This document shows, piece after piece, positions 1 to 12,180 of a stretch of DNA of 64,000 nucleotides. The position numbers were made by a program, and so were the translations under genes. Below the pieces are notes generated by a model that did not search any database, had not been told where the DNA came from, and was given only the letters and a program-made list of their open reading frames with translations. Each line of letters starts with the position of its first letter. Position 1 is the stretch's first letter. This stretch comes from Macrostomum lignano (lineage: Eukaryota), in NCBI GenBank assembly GCA_002269645.1, contig NIVC01000152.1, positions 372,001 to 436,000 of the forward strand, read 5' to 3'.

Positions 1-584
1 CGTCCACTAATGCTGTATTTATGGTAGCTAAATTCAGATCATGCCACAGACAGCTGCTACAGTTTGAAAAACAGTTTGTCCCAACCAGAATTGATTCAAC
101 TACAGAGCAACTTTATTTGATAGAAGAAAACTTGTCAACAACAAAGTTAGAACGTCAACGCAGCTGAACGAATTCAATTTGCAAAAACGGAATATTACTT
201 ATGCGACCAAGCCATCGCCAGCACGATTCAATTTTAATAATTAACTTTTTTACCAACATAGTTTTTAAAGCGTCATTTGTTGAAAGCAACGGTTGAGCCC
301 ATCCCCTCTTGCTGCCGTGAGCGCTAAGAGGATTAGCCCAACTTAGCAATTCTTGTCGGATTAGCGACAGGTTTTCACGCAGGACGGATTCTGAAATTTA
401 AGAGTAGATTAACCAGCTGCTAAGACGACGGATAGCAGTTGTGCTAATCCTTTATGAAAATCCCTAGGGAATCCCATGCTTTCTCTGAGTAACATGGTTG
501 CAAAATCTGTTCAGAATTTCGCTTTTGTCACGGCTTTGTTTTAGAATAAGAAACTCTGCCTTGCAGTGCAGGCAGTCGAAGCGC

Positions 585-848
585 CACGCCACGGAAGAGG
601 CAGTGGAAGCGCCACGCCATGGAAGAGGCAGTGGAGGCGCCATAGAAAAGGCAGTGGAGGCGCCACGGAAGAGGCAGTGAAGGCGCCACAGAAAAGGCAG
701 TGGAGGCGCAACGGAAGAGGCAGTGAAGGCGCCACAGAAAAGGCAGTGGAGGCGCCACGGAAGAGGCAGTGGAGGCGCCACAGAAAAGGCAGTGGAGGCG
801 CCACAGAAGAGGCAGTGGAGGCGCCACGGAAGAGGCAGCGAAGGCGCC
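585..848. repeat. 23-bp minisatellite (AAGAGGCAGTGGAGGCGCCACAG), ~11 copies
   Basis: 23-bp periodicity read directly. It explains the overlapping ORFs at 464-1009. Confidence 0.9.
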
Positions 849-1199
849 TCTGGTAGTGGAGTCGGTACAGGAGGTGCCTCTGGAGCGATGGAAATCTTGG
901 GAAGCAGTCGGTACCCGAGTCGCAAGAAATGTACTTTAGGCACCAAAAAAGCTGAGCTGAGTGCTTTTAACTGCGCCCGCTGAATTTGATGCCAGATCAG
1001 CAAACACAAGTCCTACAACTAAAGCAAGCGGTAGACATCAAAGGCTGGTTAGAAACTTTATCTTGAACCGTCCAGTCTGCCGAAATACCAGTGTGCTATG
1101 ATTTTATCCTTTACAGTGATCGCCACTGCGTTAGAACTAAGGAATATTCCAGTAAATTTAATGGCTGTCAACTGGCTAAACTAACAGGAATCTGGCCGG

Positions 1200-1515
1200 G
1201 TTCACAGGAACTTTATCGAGGTCACAGGAATCTCACTGGGTTCAGAGGAATCTTATCAAGGTCACAGGAATCTCACTGGGTTCACAGGAATCTTATCAAG
1301 GTCACAGGAATCTCACTGGGTTCACAGGAATCTTATAAAGGGTCACAGGAATCTTATCAAGGTCACAGGAATCTTATTAAGGGTCACAGGAATCTCACTG
1401 GGTTCACAGGAATCTTATCAAGGTCACAGGAATCTCACTGGGTTCACAGAAATCTTATCAAGGGTCACAGGAATCTCACTGGGTTCACAGGAATCTTATC
1501 AAGGTCACAGGAATC
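1200..1515. repeat. 40-bp tandem repeat made of two related 20-bp subunits (GTCACAGGAATCTCACTGGG / TTCACAGGAATCTTATCAAG)
   Basis: Direct periodicity. Confidence 0.9.
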
Positions 1516-2747
1516 TAGTCGTGTTCAGGGGAATTTCATTGAGATCACAGGAAAATTGTACTCGTAGAATTCACAGGAACCTAGCAGAGGTCACAGGAGA
1601 CCAAATTCATATCTTCGAGCTCACATGAAGCTCACCGAGATCAATGGGTTCTGTGTTCCTTGATTCACACGGGTCTCGACACGAAAACAAGCACCTGAAA
1701 GGTTCGCACAGATATAGACTAACATACACCATTTATACTCAAGGTATAATAACTAACATCAGGTATCTCAGGCATAGACGACAGGTAACTGAGTACCAGC
1801 AGACTGTTAATGCTCAAAACAGAAGAAATAGCTACTCATTGTGGGAGATGAGTAGCTATTTCTCATGTCATTGTGAAATTGTCATTGTGTCATTGTGGGA
1901 GACATCCCACGAGAAACAAAAGAAAGAAGTAGATTTCTAACTGAAGCTGAAAAGCTAAAAGTCTAAAAAGCAGCTCATTCAGACCCTGTGGAGAAAAAGT
2001 GCTGGCTGTGGCGGGCCATTGTTTGTCAAGATAGTATTGCAGCAGATTTTACCGCTTCAAGGGACACAGAAGCAGAACCAGCAAATGGGGGGCTTGCAAG
2101 TAAATTGCCCATTGTCCTCCGGAACAGTGGAAAATTGAAAGAATTGAAAACAACTTCCCAGCCGTATGAAAGCATTATAGACGATGAACAATAACAATGG
2201 AAAGTGATAAATGGATGATTGAAATGCAATGAGGAGAGCGTGACTCACGAACTGAATGACAATGCGGATGGCAGCAGAGAAAACCGATCGTGTCTCGAGT
2301 GAGAAATACTCTCAAAGGTAGAGTGATAGTAGAATTATACTACTGACTCAGATATAATATAGTAGTATTAGTAGCTATGGCCCAGCTTAAAAATCTGGCA
2401 TATGGAATAGTGGCAGACCTGTTTATAAACCTGGCATATGGAATAGTGGCAGATCGAAACGATCTATTGACAAACAAAACCAGTTCTAACAAGGAAATAA
2501 TTATACATTCGAAGGTGATGAAATGCAGCAAGACTTTTCAAGTTCTGCCTTATTTATTTTTTTGTGCCAAAAAACAGAAAATAAATATTTTGCGAGTCTG
2601 GAGAAATTTCTTTCGATTTTTTAAAATAAAGGCAGAACCAAGAAAATATTTCAAAGATGCAAAACAATATCAGTGTGTGCTTAAAATTCAGAACATCTGA
2701 TTGTGGTCTGTCTGCTTTCAAGATATTGTCGGTTTTGCCTGAACTCT

Positions 2748-3284
2748 ATCTCTCTCTGACTCTCTGCTACTCCATTCTGATTTATGATCTCTCTCTGACT
2801 CTCTGCTACTCCATTCTGATTTATGATCTCTCTCTGACTCTCTGCTACTCCATTCTGATTTATGATCTCTCTCTGACTCTCTGCTACTCCATTCTGATTT
2901 ATGATCTCTCTCTGACTCTCTGCTACTCCATTCTGATTTATGATCTCTCTCTGACTCTCTGCTACTCCATTCTGATTTATGATCTCTCTCTGACTCTCTG
3001 CTACTCCACTCTGATTTATGATCTCTCTCTGACTGTCTCAGCTACTCCACTCTGATTTATGATCTCTCTCTGACTCTCTGCTACTCCACTCTGATTTATG
3101 ATCTCTCTCTGACTCTGCTACTCCACTCTGATTTATGATCTCTCTCTCTGACTCTCTGCTACTCCACTCTGATTTATGATCTCTCTCTCTGACTCTCAGC
3201 TACTCCACTCTGATTTATGATCTCTCTCTCTGACTCTCAGCTACTCCACTCTGATTTATGATCTCTCTCTGCCTCTCTGCTACT
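2748..3284. repeat. 39-bp tandem repeat (TCTCTCTGACTCTCTGCTACTCCATTCTGATTTATGATC), ~13 copies
   Basis: Direct periodicity. Confidence 0.92.
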
Positions 3285-3669
3285 AAGTCAAAATAACCAA
3301 TTAATTAGTTTAAAAATGAAGCCGACATTTGTGAGAATAAAGGTGCGCGGATCGGCAGTCTTGGTTGCTAGAAAACGATTACAAAATGAAAGTTGTTCGG
3401 GTGGCGGATAGGGAACTGGAGAGCAATGAAAACTGAAGTACTTTACGCGATTAATTAATTGCATGATGAGTGGGAAATTTATGAGAAAACTTGTCCAAGC
3501 AATTTTTTAATTAATAAAAGAGTACAGTTACGAGTACATTGACCAATAACTGATAGAAAAGGTAAGGGATGGGGATTGGCATGATTAATCAGGAATTGAG
3601 ATTAGGGACGTGTGCTCCAGGATTGGATGCTATGAATGGAAAAGAGGATGGAGGTCAGGGAGGGGGTCA

Positions 3670-4050
3670 CGAATGGGGATCAGGGATGGGAGTCGAGGAT
3701 GGGAGTCGGGGATGGGAGTCAAGGATGGGAGTCGGGGATAGGGGTCAGGGATGGGGGTCAGGGATGGGGGTCAGGAATGGGGATTAGGGATGGGGGTCAG
3801 GGATGGGAGTCGGGGATGGGAGTCGGGGATGGGGGTCAGGGATGGGGGTCAGGAATGGGGATTAGGGATGGGGGTCAGGGATGGGGGTCAGGAATGGGGA
3901 TTATGGATGGGGGTCAGGAATGGGAGTCAGGAATGGTGATTAGGGATGGGATTCGGGGATGGGGGTCAGAGATGGGGTCAGAGAGATGGGGGTCAGGGAT
4001 GGGGTCAGGGATGGGGGTCAGGGATGGGGTCAGGGATGGGAGTCAGGGAT
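3670..4050 (+). repeat. G-rich degenerate repeat (GGGATGGGGGTCA-like) with G-quadruplex potential
   Basis: Dozens of G3-G5 runs separated by short spacers. Confidence 0.8.
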
Positions 4051-4243
4051 GGAAATCCGGTATATGATATTATAGATGTCGAGAGGCATGAGTGGCAAAG
4101 TGAGGGAGAACGGATGGCGGCAAAGTGATAAAATAGATAATTTTCAGAAAAGCAGAGGAGCACAGCAGCATGGCCGTCTTAAAATTAAGGTTACAAAGAC
4201 TATCAGTCCCCGAGAGTATGGATAAAAATGAAATCTGCAAATC

Positions 4244-7200
4244 TCAACTATCCGCAGATTTGGTGGGCGGTTCGGGCTGCGGCTGCAGTTGCTGCGGGTC
4301 TTCTGACTCGGCTGATTCTTCTTCAACAGAGCCTTCACCTTCCGCTTCGGCTGCGACATCTTCGCTTGCATCTTCGACTGGGGCGGCTTCAACTCTGCCG
4401 CCTCCGCCGAGAGGATCAAAGGAGCCGACAAGAGCTGAATCTACCGGCTGGCTGCAGTTGGGGCAGGTGAAACTGCGCATTAGCCAAGCGTCAATGCAGG
4501 CCTTGTGAAAGCTGTGAGCGCACGGCAGGTAGCGCAGTTCGTCGCCGTTCTCGTATTCGACCATGCAGATGACGCACCTGGGCGCAATGGGGCAGGTGGC
4601 AATACCTGCTGTGAGAGGGGTGCTGGGACACTGTCTGTGGGGTACTGGGACACTGTCTGTGGGGTACTGGGACACTGTCTGTGGGGTACTGGGACACTGT
4701 CTGTGGGTACTGGGACACTGTCTGTGGGGTACTGGGACACTGTCTGTGGGCACTGGGACACTGTCTGTGGGGTACTGGGACACTGTCTGTGGGTACTGGG
4801 ACACTGTCTGTGGGTACTGGGACACTGTCTGTGGGGTACCGGGACACTGTCTGTGGGGTACTGGGACACTGTCTGTGGGGTACTGGGACACTGTCTGTGG
4901 GGTACTGGGACACTGTCTGTGGGTACTGGGACACTGTCTGTGGGGTACTGGGACACTGTCTGTGGGTACTGGGACACTGTCTGTGGGGTACTGGGACACT
5001 GTCTGTGGGTACTGGGACACTGTCTGTGGGTACTGGGACACTGTCTGTGGGGTACTGGGACACTGTCTGTGGGGTACTGGGACACTGTCTGTGGGTACTG
5101 GGACACTGTCTGTGGGGTACTGGGACACTGTCTGTGGGTACTGGGACACTGTCTGTGGGGTACTGGGACACTGTCTGTGGGCACTGGGACACTGTCTGTG
5201 GGGTACTGGGACACTGTCTGTGGGTACTGGGACACTGTCTGTGGGTACTGGGACACTGTCTGTGGGGTACCGGGACACTGTCTGTGGGGTACTGGGACAC
5301 TGTCTGTGGGTACTGGGACACTGTCTGTGGGGTACTGGGACACTGTCTGTGGGGTACTGGGACACTGTCTGTGGGTACTGGGACACTGTCTGTGGGGTAC
5401 TGGGACACTGTCTGTGGGTACTGGGACACTGTCTGTGGGTACTGGGACACTGTCTGTGGGGTACTGGGACACTGTCTGTGGGGTACTGGGACACTGTCTG
5501 TGGGTACTGGGACACTGTCTGTGGGGTACTGGGACACTGTCTGTGGGTACTGGGACACTGTCTGTGGGGTACTGGGACACTGTCTGTGGGTACTGGGACA
5601 CTGTCTGTGGGGTACTGGGACACTGTCTGTGGGCACTGGGACACTGTCTGTGGGGTACTGGGACACTGTCTGTGGGTACTGGGACACTGTCTGTGGGGTA
5701 CCGGGACACTGTCTGTGGGGTACTGGGACACTGTCTGTGGGGTAATGGGACACTGTCTGTGGGGTACTGGGACACTGTCTGTGGGGTACTGGGACACTGT
5801 CTGTGGGGTACTGGGACACTGTCTGTGGGTACTGGGACACTGTCTGTGGGGTACCGGGACACTGTCTGTGGGGTAATGGGACACTGTGTGGTACCGGGAC
5901 ACTGTGGGGTACTGGGACACTGTTTGTGGGGTACCGGGACACTGTCTGTGGGGTACTGGGACACTGTCTGTGGGGTAATGGGACACTGTGTGGTACCGGG
6001 ACACTGTGGGGTACTAGGACACTGTCTGTGGGGTACCGGGACACTGTCTGTGGGGTACTGGGACACTGTCTGTGGGTACTGGGACACTGTCTGTGGGGTA
6101 CCGGGACACTGTCTGTGGGGTACTGGGACACTGTCTGTGGGGTACTGGGACACTGTCTGTGGGGTACTGGGACACTGTCTGTGGGTACTGGGACACTGTC
6201 TGTGGGGTACTGGGACACTGTCTGTGGGTACTGGGACACTGTCTGTGGGGTACTGGGACACTGTCTGTGGGTACTGGGACACTGTCTGTGGGTACTGGGA
6301 CACTGTCTGTGGGGTACTGGGACACTGTCTGTGGGGTACTGGGACACTGTCTGTGGGTACTGGGACACTGTCTGTGGGGTACTGGGACACTGTCTGTGGG
6401 TACTGGGACACTGTCTGTGGGGTACTGGGACACTGTCTGTGGGTACTGGGACACTGTCTGTGGGGTACTGGGACACTGTCTGTGGGCACTGGGACACTGT
6501 CTGTGGGGTACTGGGACACTGTCTGTGGGTACTGGGACACTGTCTGTGGGGTACCGGGACACTGTCTGTGGGGTACTGGGACACTGTCTGTGGGGTAATG
6601 GGACACTGTCTGTGGGGTACTGGGACACTGTCTGTGGGGTACTGGGACACTGTCTGTGGGGTACTGGGACACTGTCTGTGGGTACTGGGACACTGTCTGT
6701 GGGGTACCGGGACACTGTCTGTGGGGTAATGGGACACTGTGTGGTACCGGGACACTGTGGGGTACTGGGACACTGTTTGTGGGGTACCGGGACACTGTCT
6801 GTGGGGTACTGGGACACTGTCTGTGGGGTAATGGGACACTGTGTGGTACCGGGACACTGTGGGGTACTAGGACACTGTCTGTGGGGTACCGGGACACTGT
6901 CTGTGGGGTACTGGGACACTGTCTGTGGGTACTGGGACACTGTCTGTGGGGTACCGGGACACTGTCTGTGGGGTACTGGGACACTGTCTGTGGGGTAATG
7001 GGACACTGTGTGGTACCGGGACACTGTGGGGTACTGGGACACTGTCTGTGGGGTACCGGGACACTGTCTGTGGGGTACTGGGACACTGTCTGTGGGGTAA
7101 TGGGACACTGTGTGGTACCGGGACACTGTGGGGTACTAGGACACTGTCTGTGGGGTACTGGGACACTGTCTGTGACTCTGTGGGGTACCGGGACACTGTC

Positions 7201-10200
7201 TGTGGGTACTGGGACACTGTGGGGTAATGGGACACTGTGGGGTAATGGGACACTGTGTGGTAATGGGACACTGTGTGGTAATGGGACACTGTGGGGTAAT
7301 GGGACACTGTGGGGTAATGGGACACTGTGTGGTACCGGGACACTGTGGGGTACTAGGACACTGTCTGTGGGGTACTGGGACACTGTCTGTGACTCTGTGG
7401 GGTACCGGGACACTGTGTGGTAATGGGACACTGTGGGGTACCGGGACACTGTGGGGTACTAGGACACTGTCTGTGGGGTACTGGGACACTGTCTGTGACT
7501 CTGTGGGGTACCGGGACACTGTCTGTGGGTACTGGGACACTGTGGGGTAATGGGACACTGTCTGTGACTCTGTGGGGTACCGGGACACTGTGTGGTAATG
7601 GGACACTGTGTGGTACTAGGACACTGTCTGTGGGGTACTGGGACACTGTCTGTGACTCTGTGGGGTACCGGGACACTGTCTGTGGGTACTGGGACACTGT
7701 GGGGTAATGGGACACTGTCTGTGACTCTGTGGGGTACCGGGACACTGTGTGGTAATGGGACACTGTGGGGTAATGGGACACTGTCTGACTCTGTGGGGTA
7801 CCGGGACACTGTGACTCTGTGGGGTACCGGGACACTGTGACTCTGTGGGGTACCGGGACACTGTCTGTGACTCTGTGGGGTGCCGGGACACTGTCTGTGA
7901 CTCTGTGGGGTACTGGGACACTGGCTCAGTGAAATCAGATAGGGTCCGCGTGAATTTCAAGGGAATGTTTCGGTTTATAGCAAGTCAGAAAAAATCGCCC
8001 AGCAAGTCTCCTCACTCTTTGTCGCTATCTTTGTCTCGCTCCATGTAGAATCGAATTGGCAAATAGCCAATCAGGCCGATTCGCTTGGCAATTTTCACCT
8101 GCTCGTCTTCGGACAGCTCGTCCACTCGGCGGCTACTGTCCGGGGTCAGGAAGTACCGCTGCTGCCGATTAGCCTGCGGTTTTGGTGTGATACGGGAGCT
8201 TGGGCTAGGCGTAGTCTAGACTCAAGAGCAGGGTCGGCAAACTCCGACCTGCTATGCCTCTTTATCCGGTTCTCGGGTCCTTTGAGACTTCACAATAGCA
8301 ATCCGGCTCACTCAATTTTTGTGTCTCTTCTCTGCTCTCTTCTTTCCTCTCCCTTCTCCCCTCTTCTCTCCTCTCTTACTATTCTCTCCTCTCCTCTTCC
8401 TTCTCTCCACTTTACTGCGAGTCTCTTCTCTCTCCTCCATTCTCTCCTCTCCTCTTCCTTCTCTCCACTTTACTGCGAGTCTCTTCTCTCTCCTCCATTC
8501 TCTCCTCTCCTCTCCCTAATCTTCTCTCTTCTCTTCTCTCTTTTCTCTTCTAATCTCTCCTCTCCTATCCCTTCTCTTCTTTTTCTTCTACTATTTCGTC
8601 TCTGTTTTATTCTTCTTTATTCTATTGGCAACACATACATGTAATTCGCTATTGGCTGAGAGCAGTCACGTGACTACTATTCCGTCCAATAGCGACTTAC
8701 ATGTGTGTGTTGCCAATAGAAACGGCCGAGTGAATCCCAAGGTTGCGCCCAAGCATGTTGCTTCTCCTTTTTCTCATCTCTCTTCTCTCCCCTCCTCGGG
8801 CCCGCAATCATGCGCTGGGTTCTCAACCTGGCCTTTAAGGTAAAAAAGTCTGCCGATCCCTGCTTTAGAACTAAAAAAGGTTGAATTGAACCCCCACAAA
8901 GAATTGGATCCAAATTCCAAAAAAATGATTTCATCACAAGCCTTATGACTATTACTAATAGCTATGACTTACAGGTTCGACAAATAATTTATATAGGAGA
9001 GGAATCAAAATTGTTTAAAGATTAGCTCATAAGTCAGAACTAGAATACCAGTAAATAGTAAATTTTAGTGAATTAAATGATTTCTAAATAATAAAAAGCC
9101 AGGAACTAATAATTAGAAAAGTAAATATCACAATCAAGTTTTTTTACTTATTGACCTTTGAAAAATGAGAAACGTATTGACCATGACCAAGATTCAAATG
9201 ATCGAGAAAGGAAAGTTCTAGGATCCATCTTGTTATGAGCTAACATCTTGAAAATAATCTTGTCCAACCCCTCTTATCGCTTTGAAAAAGAGTGCCCTCG
9301 ACTGCAGCAGCAGCAGCTACATAAAACGAGAGACAGAGAGACCGCAGTGACAGGACAGTGGTCAGAAAGTAGAAGCTAATGTCCCGAATTAAGAATTCCA
9401 GAGCAAAAAGGTCATCAGCTTTGCCATTGCCTCCTCCTGGTTCTTTCTTGCACGAGTCTGGTCATCAGCTTTGTCATTGCCTCCTCCTGGTTCTTTCTTG
9501 CACGAGTCAGGTCATCAGCTTTGCCATTGCCTCCTCCTGGTTCTTTCTTGCACGAGTCTGGTCATCAGCTTTGTCATTGCCTCCTCCTGGTTCTTTCTTG
9601 CACGAGTCTGGTCATCAGCTTGTCATTGCTTCCTCCTGGTTCTTTCTTGCACGAGTCTGGTCATCAGCTTTGTCATTGCTTCCTCCTGGTTCTTTCTTGC
9701 ACGAGTCAGGTCATCAGCTTTGCCATTGCCTCCTCCTGGTTCTTTCTTGCACGAGTCTGGTCATCAGCTTTGTCATTGCCTCCTCCTGGTTCTTTCTTGC
9801 ACGAGTCTGGTCATCAGCTTTGTCATTGCTTCCTCCTGGTTCTTTCTTGCACGAGTCTGGTCATCAGCTTTGTCATTGCTTCCTCCTGGTTCTTTCTTGC
9901 ACGAGTCTGGTCATCAGCTTTGCCATTGCCTCCTCCTGGTTTTTTCTTGCACGAGTCTGGTCATCAGCTTTGTCATTGCCTCCTCCTGGTTCTTTCTTGC
10001 ACGAGTCTGGTCATCAGCTTTGCCATTGCCTCCTCCTGGTTCTTTCTTGCACGAGTCTGGTCATCAGCTTTGCCATTGCCTCCTCCTGGTTCTTTCTTGC
10101 ACGAGTCTGGTCATCAGCTTTGCCATTGCCTCCTCCTGGTTCTTTCTTGCACGAGTCTGGTCATCAGCTTTGACATGAGCAGCAAAGACAGATGCAAGCA

Positions 10201-12180
10201 ATATGGGACTGAGCTTCACTGCTGCCAAGTTTTAATGGCTAGGAGCAAATCCAGGATGGCATTGCATCATGGTTTGACATTGCTAGAGACCCGCTTTAGC
10301 ACATGCTCAAGTGGCAGTTTCAAGAGGGAAGTTTTAAGGCGAAGTTTTTTATCTCAATTAGCAAGTTGTCTAGCTGCTTCACAGGAATGACACTGGGCAT
10401 AACCTTTAGCAACATGCAGAACTGTTATCAAACTTAAAGTTGGTGCCCAGGAGGAAATTTTGGTCAAGGAAGCAAGTCTACACAGCACATAAGTTTCTAG
10501 TGGTAGATAGTTAACAACAGACTAACAAGCTCAGTTTAAAAGTTCCAGACATCCTTAAAGAAGCCAACTTGCTCAATGGTAACTCTATACTACAAATATA
10601 TCTTGCACAAATCTAGTTATATTTAGACCCACCTAATAGATTCTAAACACAGAAACTATAATATAAATTATTAGCGAATGAATTAATTTTTCTCAAATTT
10701 ATTGTAAAAAGACTTTTTATGGCAAAATGATTATATATAGATCAAATATAGAAAAAACAGATCTAAAAAAGTATCTAAAACAATAAATAGCATAATAGCA
10801 CAGTAATTATCAAAACAGTGCAAGTATGGTAATACCAGATTTAAAATATGCTGCCAAAAATCTAATCCAAAATTTATATTTTGTTATCCCCAATATATCT
10901 AATTATAGGTTAAACATAAATTTAAACATTTCCATGCATGCATAGGAGGCTTATATATATTTAGCTATAAAGTTTATTAATAATAATTGGGAACTCCCAT
11001 TTATTCATTTATTTAAAAATAAAGTAAAATTAGGATTTTCTTCTTGTTTTTTTTCAATTTATAGATTAAAATATAGAAAAACGATTTTTAGTATAGGATT
11101 AAAATGAAAAAAATTAGGTGATATAAACCTAGACATAATATATAAATATATAAGCTAGATAATTATTAAAAAAAGAAAAAAGCTCTCAAGCAAAACCATG
11201 AAAATTTAAATTTTAAAGGCAAATTTATATTATAGCATTTAAAAAGTTTTTAGACCTTGGCTTATACCTTTAGGCATATATATATGGCTTTATTTAAGAC
11301 TATTTAATGTTTAGTTTTTTGCTAAGCTATAAATATAGAATACTAAGATAGCAATCAAAAAAGGCATATACTATAATACTAGACTTAATATTATTAGAAA
11401 TATTAATTTCTACGAAGAGCTTGCGTGCACGGCCGCCGTTCACGTAAGCTCAGAATTGCGTGCACGGCAGAGCTATATCTTATAGGCTTAATACAGTAAT
11501 TCATATACTATTCAAATTAATATTCAAGTTAACAAAAAAAACAATGAATTAATATTACATTTGCAGTCCATGGTGTACGGGGGATAAAACATTATAAAAC
11601 AATATAGTAAAAATATTTTTTAATTAGGTTTGCCAATGCCAATGCGTGGATTTAAGGGCCCCAGTCCCGGCCAATTGCCGGCTGCCGTGCACGCAATTAC
11701 AACACTAGGTGGACGGCTGCATACATGCAAATAAAGCACTAGGTAGATAGCCGCCGTGCACGCAATTCTGAGCTTACGTGAACGGCTGCCGTGCACGCAA
11801 GCTCTTCGTAATTTCTAATGCAGAACTGCAGAACTGTTTATATTTAAAAAATTATGAACACTAATACAAGCTTAAGATTAGCAAAATTTAATCAATGTTT
11901 AAAAATTATTTGTCTTGAATTATTTTGAATGGACTTAACTATAAGAAATTAATAGGCTTACTTCTTAGCTAGTTAGTTATGGACAAATGAATCAACACAG
12001 AATCATGCATTGACATATGCCTTGGCCTACCTGATCTTGGCCTTGGGATGTAGGATTGCTGCTTGTACCACTTTGTTGTTGAGCATGCCTTGATGGATGA
12101 CTATTTTCTCGCAAAAGGCTTGCATTGCTACCTTCATTATCCTCTGGGGAGCTCACACAGTTTCTTAGTGTGTTACCCAT
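4244..12180 (-). CDS. RNF11: RNF11-like RING-H2 E3 ubiquitin ligase; exons 12031-12180, 8016-8215, 4244-4577 (227 aa)
   Basis: Exon 1 reads MGNTLRNC...NASLLREN (cf. RNF11 MGNCLKS...DISLLHES). Exon 2 reads [21 protein letters not shown] (cf. QLTEEEQIRIAQRIGLIQHLP). Exon 3 reads [53 protein letters not shown] junctions are phase 0 and phase 2, and 684 nt is in frame. Confidence 0.9.
4622..7922. repeat. 3.3-kb 21/22-bp minisatellite (GGGTACTGGGACACTGTCTGTG) inside RNF11 intron 2
   Basis: About 150 units. The unit has no stop codon, which produces the long artefactual ORFs on both strands. Confidence 0.95.
8229..8862. mobile_element. Non-autonomous hAT (Charlie-like) element with CT-rich interior
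   Basis: Termini CAGGGTCGGCAAAC and GTCTGCCGATCCCTG are imperfect inverted repeats. Flanks CTCAAGAG/CTTTAGAA match 5/8. Related right ends occur at ~15240-15291 and ~61355-61427. Confidence 0.6.
9410..10172. repeat. 50-bp tandem repeat (GGTCATCAGCTTTGTCATTGCCTCCTCCTGGTTCTTTCTTGCACGAGTCT), ~15 copies, in RNF11 intron 1
   Basis: Direct periodicity. Confidence 0.93.
11413..11808. mobile_element. MITE with ~56-bp TIRs and 9-bp TSD (TAATTTCTA), Mutator/MULE-like
   Basis: CGAAGAGCTTGCGTGCACGG...GCGTGCACGGC is matched by its reverse complement at the right end with 1 mismatch. TAATTTCTA lies at 11404-11412 and 11809-11817. Confidence 0.85.

Noticed and set aside
464-1009. Minus-strand ORF ending in a zinc-finger-like CLHC...H..RKH segment
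   Set aside because: Most of the ORF is 23-bp repeat, the downstream frame is broken by stops, and no splice partner was found. It may be a decayed gene or transposon fragment.
4578-7922. CRISPR-like appearance of repeat arrays here and at 9410-10172, 14176-15146 and 28908-29875
   Set aside because: The units are head-to-tail with no unique spacers, there are no cas genes, and the context is eukaryotic.
4480-7960. Very long ORFs (up to 989 aa) on both strands
   Set aside because: They are translations of a stop-free 21/22-bp minisatellite, open in several frames at once. Only 4244-4577 is a real exon.
9379-10390. ORFs of 235-289 aa
   Set aside because: They arise from the 50-bp repeat, whose unit is not a multiple of 3. 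The adjacent minus-strand sequence may be a decayed LINE fragment but cannot be supported.
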